From contig JAIPGN010000003.1 of the NCBI GenBank assembly GCA_021735685.1, positions 1,269 to 65,268 on the forward strand: a DNA stretch of 64,000 nucleotides, read 5' to 3'. The DNA is from Patescibacteria group bacterium. GTDB lineage: Bacteria; Patescibacteriota; Patescibacteriia; UBA2591; UBA6264. Below are positions 8,313 through 17,059 of the stretch, in pieces (positions within the stretch are counted from its first letter, which is position 1; each line of letters starts with the position of its first letter). The translations under genes were made by a program, and so were the position numbers. The notes beneath the pieces are model-generated. The model was not told where the DNA came from. It was given only the letters and a program-made list of their open reading frames with translations, and did not search any database.

Positions 8313-9296
8313 ATGAAATTATTTAGCGGCATTCAACCCAGTGGAACCCTCCACCTTGGAAATTATTTAGGAGCAGTTAAAAATTGGATAAAACTACAAG
8401 AAGAGCACGAAAGTATTATTTCTATTGTTAATTACCATGCTTTAAGTAGTGATTTCTCTGCTTCTCTGCTACCAAAACAAACTATAGAAATGGCTACAGA
8501 TTTAATCGCTTGCGGAATTGATCCCCAAAAATCTATATTTTTCGTTCAATCTGATGTCCCCGAACATACCGAATTAACTTGGATTCTTAGTTGTTTCGTT
8601 TCTTTAGGTGAACTAAAAAGAATGACTCAGTTTAAAGAAAAATCACAAGAAAACAAAAAAAATGTTAAAGCCGGTTTATTGTACTATCCCGTTTTAATGG
8701 CAGCTGATATCCTTCTTTACCAAACCCAAATTGTGCCAGTAGGAGAAGATCAATTACAACACATTGAATTGGCTCGAATGATTGCCCGTAATTTTAACAA
8801 AAAAATAGGAAAAACTTTTATTGAGCCTCGCGGAGTTTTAACCAAAGCTCCTCGCTTGATGAGCTTAAAAAATCCTCAAGAAAAAATGAGTAAATCTAAA
8901 GGCGAAAATACTTATATTGCCCTTAATGATTCTTTAGAAACCATAGAAAAGAAATTAGGCTCTGCGATCACTGATCCAGCTCGAAAAAAAATTAGTGATC
9001 CCGGTACATCCCAAAAATGCAACATCTATCATCTTCATCAATTTTTTAGCACCCTCAAAGAAAGAGAAGAAATTGAACAAGGCTGCCGACGGGCAAAAAT
9101 AGGATGCTTGAGTTGCAAAAAAGCCCTTGCTCAAAATATTTTTGCTGAACTTAAGCCCATTCAAGAAAAAAGAAAAAAAATAGCAGAAAACCCGGAGAAA
9201 ATAAAAAAAATACTCCAAAAAGGAGCAAAAAAGGCGCAGCAAATTGCCCAGAAAAACATGAAAGAAATTAAGGAAAAGGTTGGACTCCTTTTTTAA
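8313..9296 (+). CDS. trpS: tryptophan--tRNA ligase
   Basis: MKLFSGIQPSGTLHLGNYLGAV (HIGH-like motif) ... KMSKS. Confidence 0.9.
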   Translation: MKLFSGIQPSGTLHLGNYLGAVKNWIKLQEEHESIISIVNYHALSSDFSASLLPKQTIEMATDLIACGIDPQKSIFFVQSDVPEHTELTWILSCFVSLGELKRMTQFKEKSQENKKNVKAGLLYYPVLMAADILLYQTQIVPVGEDQLQHIELARMIARNFNKKIGKTFIEPRGVLTKAPRLMSLKNPQEKMSKSKGENTYIALNDSLETIEKKLGSAITDPARKKISDPGTSQKCNIYHLHQFFSTLKEREEIEQGCRRAKIGCLSCKKALAQNIFAELKPIQEKRKKIAENPEKIKKILQKGAKKAQQIAQKNMKEIKEKVGLLF

Positions 9297-9320
9297 ACTT
9301 CCGACAATTTTACAATCTTA

Positions 9321-9362
9321 AAAAAATAAAAGAAGGTTCTGTTATTGAATCTTCTTTTGCTT
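9321..9362. terminator. bidirectional hairpin terminator between convergent trpS and the methyltransferase
   Basis: AAAGAAGgttctgttattgaatCTTCTTT, flanked by A-runs and T-runs. Confidence 0.4.
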
Positions 9363-9371
9363 AAATTCTAA

Positions 9372-10070
9372 TTACTTTTTTTGACCAATAATTATTAAAT
9401 TGAATCCTCTTTTTGTTTCTGGACAAGCCCTGACAACCTGAAAGCCAGCTTGAATAAACATTTTCTTTAACTCTTTGAGGCGAAAAGCATAATGATAGCG
9501 ATCCGCTCTATAATCGCCAGAACGCCAAGGAATAAAAACATTAGACTGGCCCCAAAACAAAGAATAAAGTTGGTATTTGTTAATCAAGCGCCATTGACGC
9601 AAATTCCAAACGGTCATCATTAAAAATCCGCCAGGCTTTAATAAATCAAAACAGTCTTTAATAATTTTCATTCGTAAACGAAAAGAAGGAATATGGTGCA
9701 AAAAAGCAATACTGATAATAGCGTTGAATTCTTGATCTGGAAATTGGGCCTTGAGTCTTAGAGCGTCACCTTTTAAAAATAAAGGAAATTTTTTTTGACT
9801 AGATGAATCAATAAACTTTTTCCTAGCTATTTCAATTAAATTCTTACTATTATCTAGTCCAATATATTTAATTTTTTGAGGCGATAAAGCTTGATACAAG
9901 CGACCATTTCCACAACCTAAATCCAAAATCTTGTCACCCTTTTTTAAAAAAGAAAAAAAGGGCTGAATTTCTTTCCAGTTTTCCTTTCTGGTTTTAGAAA
10001 AATCTTCGGCAATTAATTCCCAAATTTTTTCATTTTGTTTTAAAATTTTTCTAACTTTTTCTTTTTTCAT
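9372..10070 (-). CDS. class I SAM-dependent methyltransferase
   Basis: ILDLGCGNGR motif I. DLLKPGGFLMM post-I region. Confidence 0.7.
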   Translation of the reverse strand: MKKEKVRKILKQNEKIWELIAEDFSKTRKENWKEIQPFFSFLKKGDKILDLGCGNGRLYQALSPQKIKYIGLDNSKNLIEIARKKFIDSSSQKKFPLFLKGDALRLKAQFPDQEFNAIISIAFLHHIPSFRLRMKIIKDCFDLLKPGGFLMMTVWNLRQWRLINKYQLYSLFWGQSNVFIPWRSGDYRADRYHYAFRLKELKKMFIQAGFQVVRACPETKRGFNLIIIGQKK

Positions 10071-10166
10071 CTTTAGGCCTTATTTTAACAAAAATTAAAA
10101 TTTAAGAAAAGAAATACTTTCTCGGAAAGATGGAAAACAAAATAAAAAAATGTTAAAATAGTCAAT

Positions 10167-11756
10167 ATGGTTTCCAAGGAAGCAAAAATTAAAATAGTGC
10201 AAATAATGGCTAAACAAAAAATTAGCTCTTTTTTACAATTTGAAAAAATTAAGCATAAGGCTATCTCTCTTTTGAAAACTGATTTCCCATCTCACAGCGA
10301 ACTATTAAAAACTTATCAAGACCTCAGAAAAGCTAAAAAAATCCCTCAAAATCTTTATTTTGAAAAATTATTAAAAAAAAGACCAATTCGCAGTTTATCG
10401 GGAGTAGCGGTAGTCGCGGTTTTAACTAAACCTTGGCCCTGCCCTGGAAAATGTATTTATTGCCCTTCAGAAAAAAACGTACCTCAAAGTTACTTATCTG
10501 GTGAACCAGCCGTAGAAAGAGCAAAGGCTTTAAATTATGACCCTTATTCCCAAACTAAAAAAAGAATTGAAATGTTGAAAAAAAATGGCCACCCTACAGA
10601 TAAAATTGAGTTAATAGTTATTGGCGGTACTTGGAGCTATTTGCCCAAAAAATATCAAACTTGGTTCATTAAAAGATGTTTTGACGCTGCCAATTTAGCT
10701 TCTAAGCCTGCTTCTAGTTTAATTAAAGCTCAAAAAAGAAATGAAAAATCTAAACATCGCTTAATTGGTATTACTCTGGAAACAAGACCTGATTATATTA
10801 ATTTAACTGAAATCAAAAGAATGAGAAAACTAGGATGCACACGAGTAGAAATTGGTGTACAAATAACTGATAATCAAATTTTAAATTTGAACCAAAGAGG
10901 TCATTCTGTGGAGACTGTAATTGAAGCTACTAAATTATTAAAAAATGCTGGACTAAAAATATGTTACCATTTTATGCCTGGCCTTTGGGGCTCCAATCCT
11001 CAAAAAGATTTACAAAAATTTCAAGAACTTTTTGCCTCTCCTGAATTTCAACCAGACATGCTTAAAATATATCCTTGCGTAGTCACCAAAGGATCCAAGC
11101 TTCATGAACTTTGGAAAAATAATGAATACCAGCCTTATTCTGACAATACCTTAACCGAACTTCTAATCAAAATGAAATCAATTGTCCCTCCTTATGTTCG
11201 CATTAATCGCGTTATTCGCGACATCCCCTCTTGGCAGATTGAAGGTGGCAGTAAAATCTCCAATCTCCGTCAATATCTAACCACTAAAATGGAAAAACAA
11301 AATATTAGCTGCCAATGTATTCGTTGCCGAGAAATAAAATCATCTCAAATTAAAATTCAAGAATTAAAATTAAAAAAATATCATTACTCTGCCTCAGACG
11401 GCGAAGAAACATTCCTTTCTTTTGAAACCAGAAAAGATAAAAAATTAGTTGCCTTTTTACGTTTACGCTGGCCCTCAAAATTAAACCCCAAAGAACAATT
11501 ACCGATTCTGAAAAATAAAGCTTTAATTAGAGAGCTTCATACTTACGGACAATTAGTTTCCTTAAAAGAAAAAAATCAAAAAGCAGCTCAACACTTTGGT
11601 CTGGGAAAAAAATTAATCAAAGAAGCAGAAAAAATTAGCTTAAAAAAAGGCTATAAAAAGATAGCTATAATTGCCGGAGTTGGCGTTAGAGAATATTATC
11701 GTCATTTAGGTTATCGCTTGCAAAAAACTTATATGATTAAATCTTTGAAAGCATAA
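10167..11756 (+). CDS. elp3: Elp3-family radical SAM/GNAT protein (tRNA U34 carboxymethyl-transferase-like)
   Basis: KPWPCPGKCIYCPSE radical-SAM cluster motif. IELIVIGGTWSYLP. C-terminal GNAT (ELHTYGQLVSL...FGLGKKLIKEAE...IAIIAGVGVREYYRHLGYRL). Confidence 0.8.
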   Translation: MVSKEAKIKIVQIMAKQKISSFLQFEKIKHKAISLLKTDFPSHSELLKTYQDLRKAKKIPQNLYFEKLLKKRPIRSLSGVAVVAVLTKPWPCPGKCIYCPSEKNVPQSYLSGEPAVERAKALNYDPYSQTKKRIEMLKKNGHPTDKIELIVIGGTWSYLPKKYQTWFIKRCFDAANLASKPASSLIKAQKRNEKSKHRLIGITLETRPDYINLTEIKRMRKLGCTRVEIGVQITDNQILNLNQRGHSVETVIEATKLLKNAGLKICYHFMPGLWGSNPQKDLQKFQELFASPEFQPDMLKIYPCVVTKGSKLHELWKNNEYQPYSDNTLTELLIKMKSIVPPYVRINRVIRDIPSWQIEGGSKISNLRQYLTTKMEKQNISCQCIRCREIKSSQIKIQELKLKKYHYSASDGEETFLSFETRKDKKLVAFLRLRWPSKLNPKEQLPILKNKALIRELHTYGQLVSLKEKNQKAAQHFGLGKKLIKEAEKISLKKGYKKIAIIAGVGVREYYRHLGYRLQKTYMIKSLKA

Positions 11757-11793
11757 GAATCAATTAAGATTCTAATTCTTAGGGAAAAAATAA

Positions 11794-11824
11794 AAATACA
11801 TAGGTCAAACCTGTGTATTTTTTT
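11794..11824. terminator. bidirectional hairpin terminator (AAATACATAGG-tcaaa-CCTGTGTATTT, then a T-run)
   Basis: 11-bp arms with 1 mismatch, flanked by an A-run and a T-run. It lies between convergent elp3 and murF. Confidence 0.5.
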
Positions 11825-11843
11825 GTTTGTTTTTCTTAAAAAA

Positions 11844-11934
11844 GCCCATTTTTTCGCCAAATCGGAAAAATGGGCTGGAAATCCGCACAGAGAACAGGTT
11901 CTGATGGATAAAAATAAGGGGACAGTCCCCTTTT
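11844..11934 (+). repeat. multi-hairpin intergenic element, copy 2
   Basis: GCCCATTTTTTCGCCA is shared with copy 1 and is itself part of the hairpin GCCCATTTTT/AAAAATGGGC. Then CAGAGAACaggGTTCTG, GATGG, and GGGGACAGTCCCC followed by TTTT (11918-11934). Confidence 0.5.
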
Positions 11935-13228
11935 ATTTCCAAGAGGAAGATTGACGGACTAAAAACTGAGAAGCTTTTTGCGGCTTCGACATTATTTGTT
12001 TTACGGCTCTTTCTAAACGTATGCCCTGAGAAGCCTTCATTAAAATTAAATCTCCTTTTTTAATATTTTTCTTTAAAAACCTACCCGCCTCTAAAGAATT
12101 AGAAAAAGCAAAAGATTTTTCTATCGGGAAAGAAAGCTCACGCGCCCGATTTAAAATTTCCCGAGACAAAGAGCCAACTGTAATCAAAAAATCACAATTA
12201 GTTTTTACTACTTGCTCTCCTATTTCTTGATGCGCTCTTTTGCTTAAATCTCCTAATTCTAACATATCTCCCAAAACAACCCATTTTCTAGATTGAGAAG
12301 AAATTTCAACCTTAGACAAAGTTGCTAAGGCTACTTGGACAGCTCGCGGAGAAGAATTATAGGTATCATCCAAAATAATACTTTTTTTAATTCCTTCAAT
12401 AACTTGCAAACGTCCGGGCAAAACTTGATAATCAGAAAAAGACTTAGTCAATTCAATTAAATTAAATCCCAAACTTAAACCCACAGCTATTCCAGCTAAA
12501 ACAGAATAAATTTGCGCTTCATTGATTAATCGAGGTAAAAAAAGAGGTACCAGATTTCCTTTATATTTCACTTTTAATAACAAGCCTTTAAGCAAAGGAA
12601 CGCCTTCTGAGTTAAGGCTTTGGTCAATTCTGACATCAATGGCTTGCAAATCAGCTGCTGGAGAAAGTCCAAAGGTTAAAACTTTTCCAGAGGTACGATC
12701 CTTTAATTGCTCTACTCGAGGATCATCAACATTAAGAATCGCCCAATCTTGATCTTTTAATTTTTTAATAATATTAAACTTTTCTTTAGCCACGGCCTTA
12801 ATATTTTTAAAAAATTCGGTATGAGCTAAGTCAATAGCCGTCAAAACTCCAATTTGAGGAGGAGCAATGTTAGTTAAATAAGTAATATCGCCTGGATGAT
12901 CAGCCGCCATTTCCAAAACTAAAACCTGAGGGTATTTTATTTTAAAAACTAAAAGCTTGAAAATAACAAAAAATAATTGAAGCCACTTGAAAATATTTTT
13001 TCGGGGCGAATCTACTCCTAAAATGGTTAAAGGAAGGCCAATTTCGTTATTATAGCTCTGGAAAGAGCACCTTAAATTAAATTTATCTTGCAAAGCCAAA
13101 GCAATTGCTTCCTTAGTTGAAGATTTACCAACACTGCCCGTGACTCCAATCACCAAGGGCTTATATCTCTTGACTACTCTCCGGGCAAAAAAAGATAAAA
13201 ATTGTTGAAAAATTTTACGAAAAAACAT
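11933..13228 (-). CDS. murF: UDP-N-acetylmuramoyl-tripeptide--D-alanyl-D-alanine ligase
   Basis: VIGVTGSVGKSSTKE P-loop with a Mur ligase architecture. It is the last gene of the dcw fragment. Confidence 0.8.
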   Translation of the reverse strand: MFFRKIFQQFLSFFARRVVKRYKPLVIGVTGSVGKSSTKEAIALALQDKFNLRCSFQSYNNEIGLPLTILGVDSPRKNIFKWLQLFFVIFKLLVFKIKYPQVLVLEMAADHPGDITYLTNIAPPQIGVLTAIDLAHTEFFKNIKAVAKEKFNIIKKLKDQDWAILNVDDPRVEQLKDRTSGKVLTFGLSPAADLQAIDVRIDQSLNSEGVPLLKGLLLKVKYKGNLVPLFLPRLINEAQIYSVLAGIAVGLSLGFNLIELTKSFSDYQVLPGRLQVIEGIKKSIILDDTYNSSPRAVQVALATLSKVEISSQSRKWVVLGDMLELGDLSKRAHQEIGEQVVKTNCDFLITVGSLSREILNRARELSFPIEKSFAFSNSLEAGRFLKKNIKKGDLILMKASQGIRLERAVKQIMSKPQKASQFLVRQSSSWK

Positions 13229-13236
13229 AAATTTAA

Positions 13237-14952
13237 TTAAATTTTATCTGGAGGAACATTATAATATTTTAGCACAAATTCAACTAATTCGCTAAAAACT
13301 TCGCTAACTGTATAAAAAGCAAATTTTTCTTCTCGAGGATTATTTAATTTAACCAAAGCTACTATTTGCGGATCGGTAGCTGGGGCAAAACCCACAAAAG
13401 AATGAATAACTTGATCTGCATATCCTCCTTCCGGGCCAGGAACCTGAGCTGTACCAGTTTTCCCAGCAATAGTATAACCAGGAATTTTTATTCTTTTTTT
13501 GTATTCTTTTTCCACCACCGTGCTCATCATTGAAGAAAGAGTGAAGGCGGTCTGAGGAGAAATAACCGAACGGACAACTTTTGGTTCCCTTTCGATCACT
13601 TGTTCACCTTTTCTTATCTCTTTAACTAGATAAGGCTTCATTAATTTTCCAGAATTAGCAATCGATCCTACCGCCACTATCATTTGCAAGGGCGTCACTG
13701 CAATTCCCTGTCCAAAAGAAGCCGTAGCTAGATAAATATCTTGCTTTTGATTTAAATTGTCAATATTTCCAGATGCCTCTCCCTTGAGCTCAATGTCAGT
13801 TAAACTACCAAAACCAAATTTTTTTAAATAATTTCTAAAATTTTCTTTTCCTAATAAGCCAGCTACATGAACCGCACCCGTATTAATTGATTTTTCTAAA
13901 ATTTTGGTCATACTCGCCAAACCAAAATTTTCCTCATCTACATTACGAATAGTCTCGCCATCAATTTCGACAAAACCTGTATCCTGAAAGGTACTTTCCT
14001 TTTTTATTGCTTCAGCATCTAGAGCGCTAGCCATTGTAATCACCTTAAAAATAGAACCCGGCTCAAAAGATTCACTTATGGCTGAATTTTTAAATAAAGA
14101 CATATTCTCAACTTGAGAGTATTGATTAGGGTCAAAGGCAGGATAATTAACCATAGCTAAAATTTTGCCCGTAGAAGGATCTAAAAGAATAATTGTGCCT
14201 GAATCGGCTCTGTATTTTTTTACAGCTTCTTCCAATAATTTAAAAGAATGAAACTGAAGAACCCGATCAACGGTGAGTACTAGATCTGCCCCGGGTTCAT
14301 CTCTTTGCAGGGTTCGATAAACTGGCAAAGAAAAAGAATCACGAACCTGATAACCATTGACTCCCCTTAATTCTTCTTCAAAGAAATCTTCCAAACCATA
14401 CTGTCCCTGAAGCCGACTCTCTACTTCTCGAGTAAAACCAGTTAAATGGCTAAAAAGCTTTCCTTCGGGATAGTAACGTTTAGGGAAGGCCTGAAAAAAG
14501 ATACCAGGCAAAGCCAACTCTTTAATAGCTTCATATTCCGAGCTGCTCAAATCTTTTCTTAAAAGTTGATAACGACTCTGAGATCGGGAAAGACGAGACA
14601 ACAATGATTTAAATTTTTCTGCAGCTTCATCTTCTTCGACAAAGAAATTCTCCGCCGGGACTTTAATCTCTAAAAAAGGGGCTAATTTTTCTGCTATCTC
14701 GTTAACCAAATCCTCTTCCTTGATAATTTCTGGGTCAGCAATTAAATGATATTGCTTGAAATTAACCGCCAAGGGCAATAAATCATCTTCTTCTTGCGCC
14801 AAAATTTTACCTCTTTCCGCAATAATGGTTTCCGGAGCGAAATTAAAATCTCTTACTTGACTTTTCACAATCTGCAACCAAAAAAGGCGCCCCCCTACTA
14901 AGGCGCCGATAATAAAAACAAAAAAAATAAGCAATTGAAAACGTTTGTCCAT
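13237..14952 (-). CDS. ftsI: peptidoglycan D,D-transpeptidase FtsI/PBP2-like
   Basis: N-terminal TM. SxxK (GSIFKV), SxN (SINT) and KTG (GKTGTA) motifs. Confidence 0.85.
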   Translation of the reverse strand: MDKRFQLLIFFVFIIGALVGGRLFWLQIVKSQVRDFNFAPETIIAERGKILAQEEDDLLPLAVNFKQYHLIADPEIIKEEDLVNEIAEKLAPFLEIKVPAENFFVEEDEAAEKFKSLLSRLSRSQSRYQLLRKDLSSSEYEAIKELALPGIFFQAFPKRYYPEGKLFSHLTGFTREVESRLQGQYGLEDFFEEELRGVNGYQVRDSFSLPVYRTLQRDEPGADLVLTVDRVLQFHSFKLLEEAVKKYRADSGTIILLDPSTGKILAMVNYPAFDPNQYSQVENMSLFKNSAISESFEPGSIFKVITMASALDAEAIKKESTFQDTGFVEIDGETIRNVDEENFGLASMTKILEKSINTGAVHVAGLLGKENFRNYLKKFGFGSLTDIELKGEASGNIDNLNQKQDIYLATASFGQGIAVTPLQMIVAVGSIANSGKLMKPYLVKEIRKGEQVIEREPKVVRSVISPQTAFTLSSMMSTVVEKEYKKRIKIPGYTIAGKTGTAQVPGPEGGYADQVIHSFVGFAPATDPQIVALVKLNNPREEKFAFYTVSEVFSELVEFVLKYYNVPPDKI

Positions 14953-14966
14953 AAAAAATTAAAAAA

Positions 14967-15296
14967 CTATCGAGGTCTTCGCGCCTGAGCCAAAGTATCA
15001 AGACCCAATCTTAAATAATTAACTTGACTGATTTCAACCATATTAAGATTCTGAGATATTTCTTGCAAAGAATCCATTGACTCTAATGACGCTTTTTCTT
15101 CTAAAAGTTTTTCATTTTCTGTCTTTAACTCTTGATGCTCTTTTTCTAACTGGTTGATTTCCATACTGTAAGAAATTCCAGCATTAATTTGAATCAAAGA
15201 AAGGGCAATGACCAAAAATAAAGACCCAAGCAAAAAACAATTCCAGAAAGAATAATTAGAATTACCTTTAATAAATTTTCCTTTAGAGAAAACCAT
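14967..15296 (-). CDS. FtsL-like small bitopic cell-division protein
   Basis: 109 aa. TM followed by a coiled coil. Located between rsmH and ftsI. Confidence 0.4.
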   Translation of the reverse strand: MVFSKGKFIKGNSNYSFWNCFLLGSLFLVIALSLIQINAGISYSMEINQLEKEHQELKTENEKLLEEKASLESMDSLQEISQNLNMVEISQVNYLRLGLDTLAQARRPR

Positions 15297-15328
15297 AAGA
15301 ACTAATAATAAAAATTTATAAAATTATC

Positions 15329-16201
15329 TTAAATTTTTTCTGCGGCCCTTAATTTAGCACTTCGCGATCTGGAATTTTCTTTAATCTCTTCTTTGCTCGG
15401 AACTATTGGCTTCTTGGTTAAAATTCGTAAAGCCTCTGTGCGTTTAAAAAAGATTTTAACTATTCGGTCTTCAAGAGAGTGATAACTGATTACCACTATC
15501 TTCCCTCCGGGCGATAAAACCTCCTGACTGCCAATAAGAGCTTGTTGTAAATTTTCTAATTCTTTATTAACGCTAATCCTTAAAGCTTGAAAAATGCGAG
15601 CCAAGCTTTTGATATGAAAACGAAAACCAAGAGTATCTTTAATAATTTGAGCCAATTCTTGAGTGGTGTTAATTTTCTTTTTTTTCCTTTTTTGAACAAT
15701 AATGCGAGCAATTTTAGAAGAATATCTTTCTTCACCATATCTCCAAAAAATTTCTCTTAAAGTCTTTTCTGAATACTGATTAATAATTTCGCGAGCCGTA
15801 ATATCATTCTCCTCAGGATTGAACCTCATATCTAAAGGCTCATCTCTCATAAAACTAAACCCGCGACCACTGGACTCTAATAAATCAGAAGAAAGTCCTA
15901 GGTCCAATAAGATGCCATGAACTGGGCTAAAACTATTTTGTTCAACAATTTCTTGTAAATGAGCAAAGTTTCCGTTAACCACAATAATTCTTTTTTGCAA
16001 ATTTAATTCCCTTCTTTTGTCATCTATTTTCTGGATCGCAGTTGGAGAAAGATCTATTCCTAAAATTTTACCATTAGGGTCAAGAAAGGGTAAAATTTTA
16101 AAGCTATGACCGCCTCCGCCAATAGTGCAATCAATAACATTACAATTGGATTGAGGCTGCAAGTAGTTAATTACTTCTGCTGATAACACGGGAACATGCA
16201 T
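15329..16201 (-). CDS. rsmH: 16S rRNA (cytosine1402-N4)-methyltransferase
   Basis: MHVPVLSAEVINYL...DCTIGGGGHS. Confidence 0.9.
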   Translation of the reverse strand: MHVPVLSAEVINYLQPQSNCNVIDCTIGGGGHSFKILPFLDPNGKILGIDLSPTAIQKIDDKRRELNLQKRIIVVNGNFAHLQEIVEQNSFSPVHGILLDLGLSSDLLESSGRGFSFMRDEPLDMRFNPEENDITAREIINQYSEKTLREIFWRYGEERYSSKIARIIVQKRKKKKINTTQELAQIIKDTLGFRFHIKSLARIFQALRISVNKELENLQQALIGSQEVLSPGGKIVVISYHSLEDRIVKIFFKRTEALRILTKKPIVPSKEEIKENSRSRSAKLRAAEKI

Positions 16202-16228
16202 AAATAAATATTTTAAAAATAAAAAATC

Positions 16229-16660
16229 TTAAACTCCTAATTCAGCCAAACTTTCAGCGATATCTTCGCTATTAGATTCAGACTTTCCTTTATATTCTTC
16301 CCATTTTTTTTCGTCCCAAATTTCTAAACGATTGTAAAGACCAGCTACTACTGCTTTTTTATTAATCTGAGCATATTTTTTTAAATAATCAGGCAGAACC
16401 ACTCTCCCCTGTTTGTCTAAACGAACATCCATAGCTCCGGCCAACATTAAACGAGCAAAGGCACGCGTCTTCGACTTACTGATTGGCATATCGGCCAACT
16501 TAAGAGCTAATTTTTCCCATTCTTTTTTAGTATATAAAAATAAACAGCTGTCTACTCCACGAGTGACAACTGCTCCTTTAGATAAATCCAATCTAAACTT
16601 TGTTGGAAGGGCCAACCTATTTTTCTCATCTACGGAATGATGATATTCCCCAATAAACAT
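16229..16660 (-). CDS. mraZ: transcriptional regulator MraZ
   Basis: MFIGEYHHSVDEKNRLALP with the duplicated MraZ fold. Confidence 0.9.
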   Translation of the reverse strand: MFIGEYHHSVDEKNRLALPTKFRLDLSKGAVVTRGVDSCLFLYTKKEWEKLALKLADMPISKSKTRAFARLMLAGAMDVRLDKQGRVVLPDYLKKYAQINKKAVVAGLYNRLEIWDEKKWEEYKGKSESNSEDIAESLAELGV

Positions 16661-16688
16661 ATAATAAGCGTTGTTAAGTTAATTTTAG

Positions 16689-16793
16689 TTATCCACAGAT
16701 TATCTAGCTTTTCCCCACTTTTATCCACATGCTTCCACAACATTTGTATTATAAACCATTTTCCCCCACTTAGCAAATAAAACTTGTGGATAA
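16689..16793. promoter_or_regulatory. cluster of GTGG-core repeats that includes three perfect DnaA-box 9-mers (TTATCCACA x2 and TGTGGATAA), upstream of mraZ
   Basis: TTATCCACA at 16689-16697 and 16721-16729. TTGTGGATAA at 16784-16793. Three consecutive 10-mers, TTCCCCACTT | TTATCCACAT | GCTTCCACAA (16711-16740), give a 10-bp-phased CCAC (GTGG on the mraZ strand) array. A further CCCCCAC sits at 16763-16769, and there is a TATAAT on the mraZ strand (16748-16753). Confidence 0.5.
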
Positions 16794-16802
16794 CTTTTTT
16801 AA

Positions 16803-16837
16803 TCAAAAAATGCCTAAATTATCAAAATTCAGGCATT
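16803..16837 (-). terminator. rho-independent terminator (AATGCCT-N15-AGGCATT, then TTTTTT on the minus strand)
   Basis: Ends the cys-rich gene/ackA operon. Confidence 0.5.
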
Positions 16838-16858
16838 AACTAAACAACTAAGAAATCC

Positions 16859-17053
16859 TTAACTACCTTGATCTTCCTTGAATTTTTTAAAAGAACGATC
16901 ATAAGTCTTCTCAGCTTGAACAGAAAAAAAACAAGCCGGCATTTCTTGACGCGCTAAATGATATTTTACGCATTCGCAACAAATTCCTTTACGTGGGCAA
17001 CCCACGTAAGTACAAGGACAATTTTTTAAATTTTCTCCTTTTTGGCAATCCAT
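16859..17053 (-). CDS. small cysteine-rich protein (CPC...CPRKGICCEC motif), probably metal-binding
   Basis: 64 aa with 8 Cys, mostly in a CxC-N6-CPRKGxCCEC pattern that resembles a conserved DUF. Confidence 0.4.
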   Translation of the reverse strand: MDCQKGENLKNCPCTYVGCPRKGICCECVKYHLARQEMPACFFSVQAEKTYDRSFKKFKEDQGS

Positions 17054-17059
17054 AAAAAA

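Noticed and set aside
4614-9242. Short antisense ORFs inside glyA, folD, the solute-binding protein and trpS (4614-4811, 5929-6114, 6791-7039, 8955-9242)
   Set aside because: Embedded antisense in confidently assigned genes.
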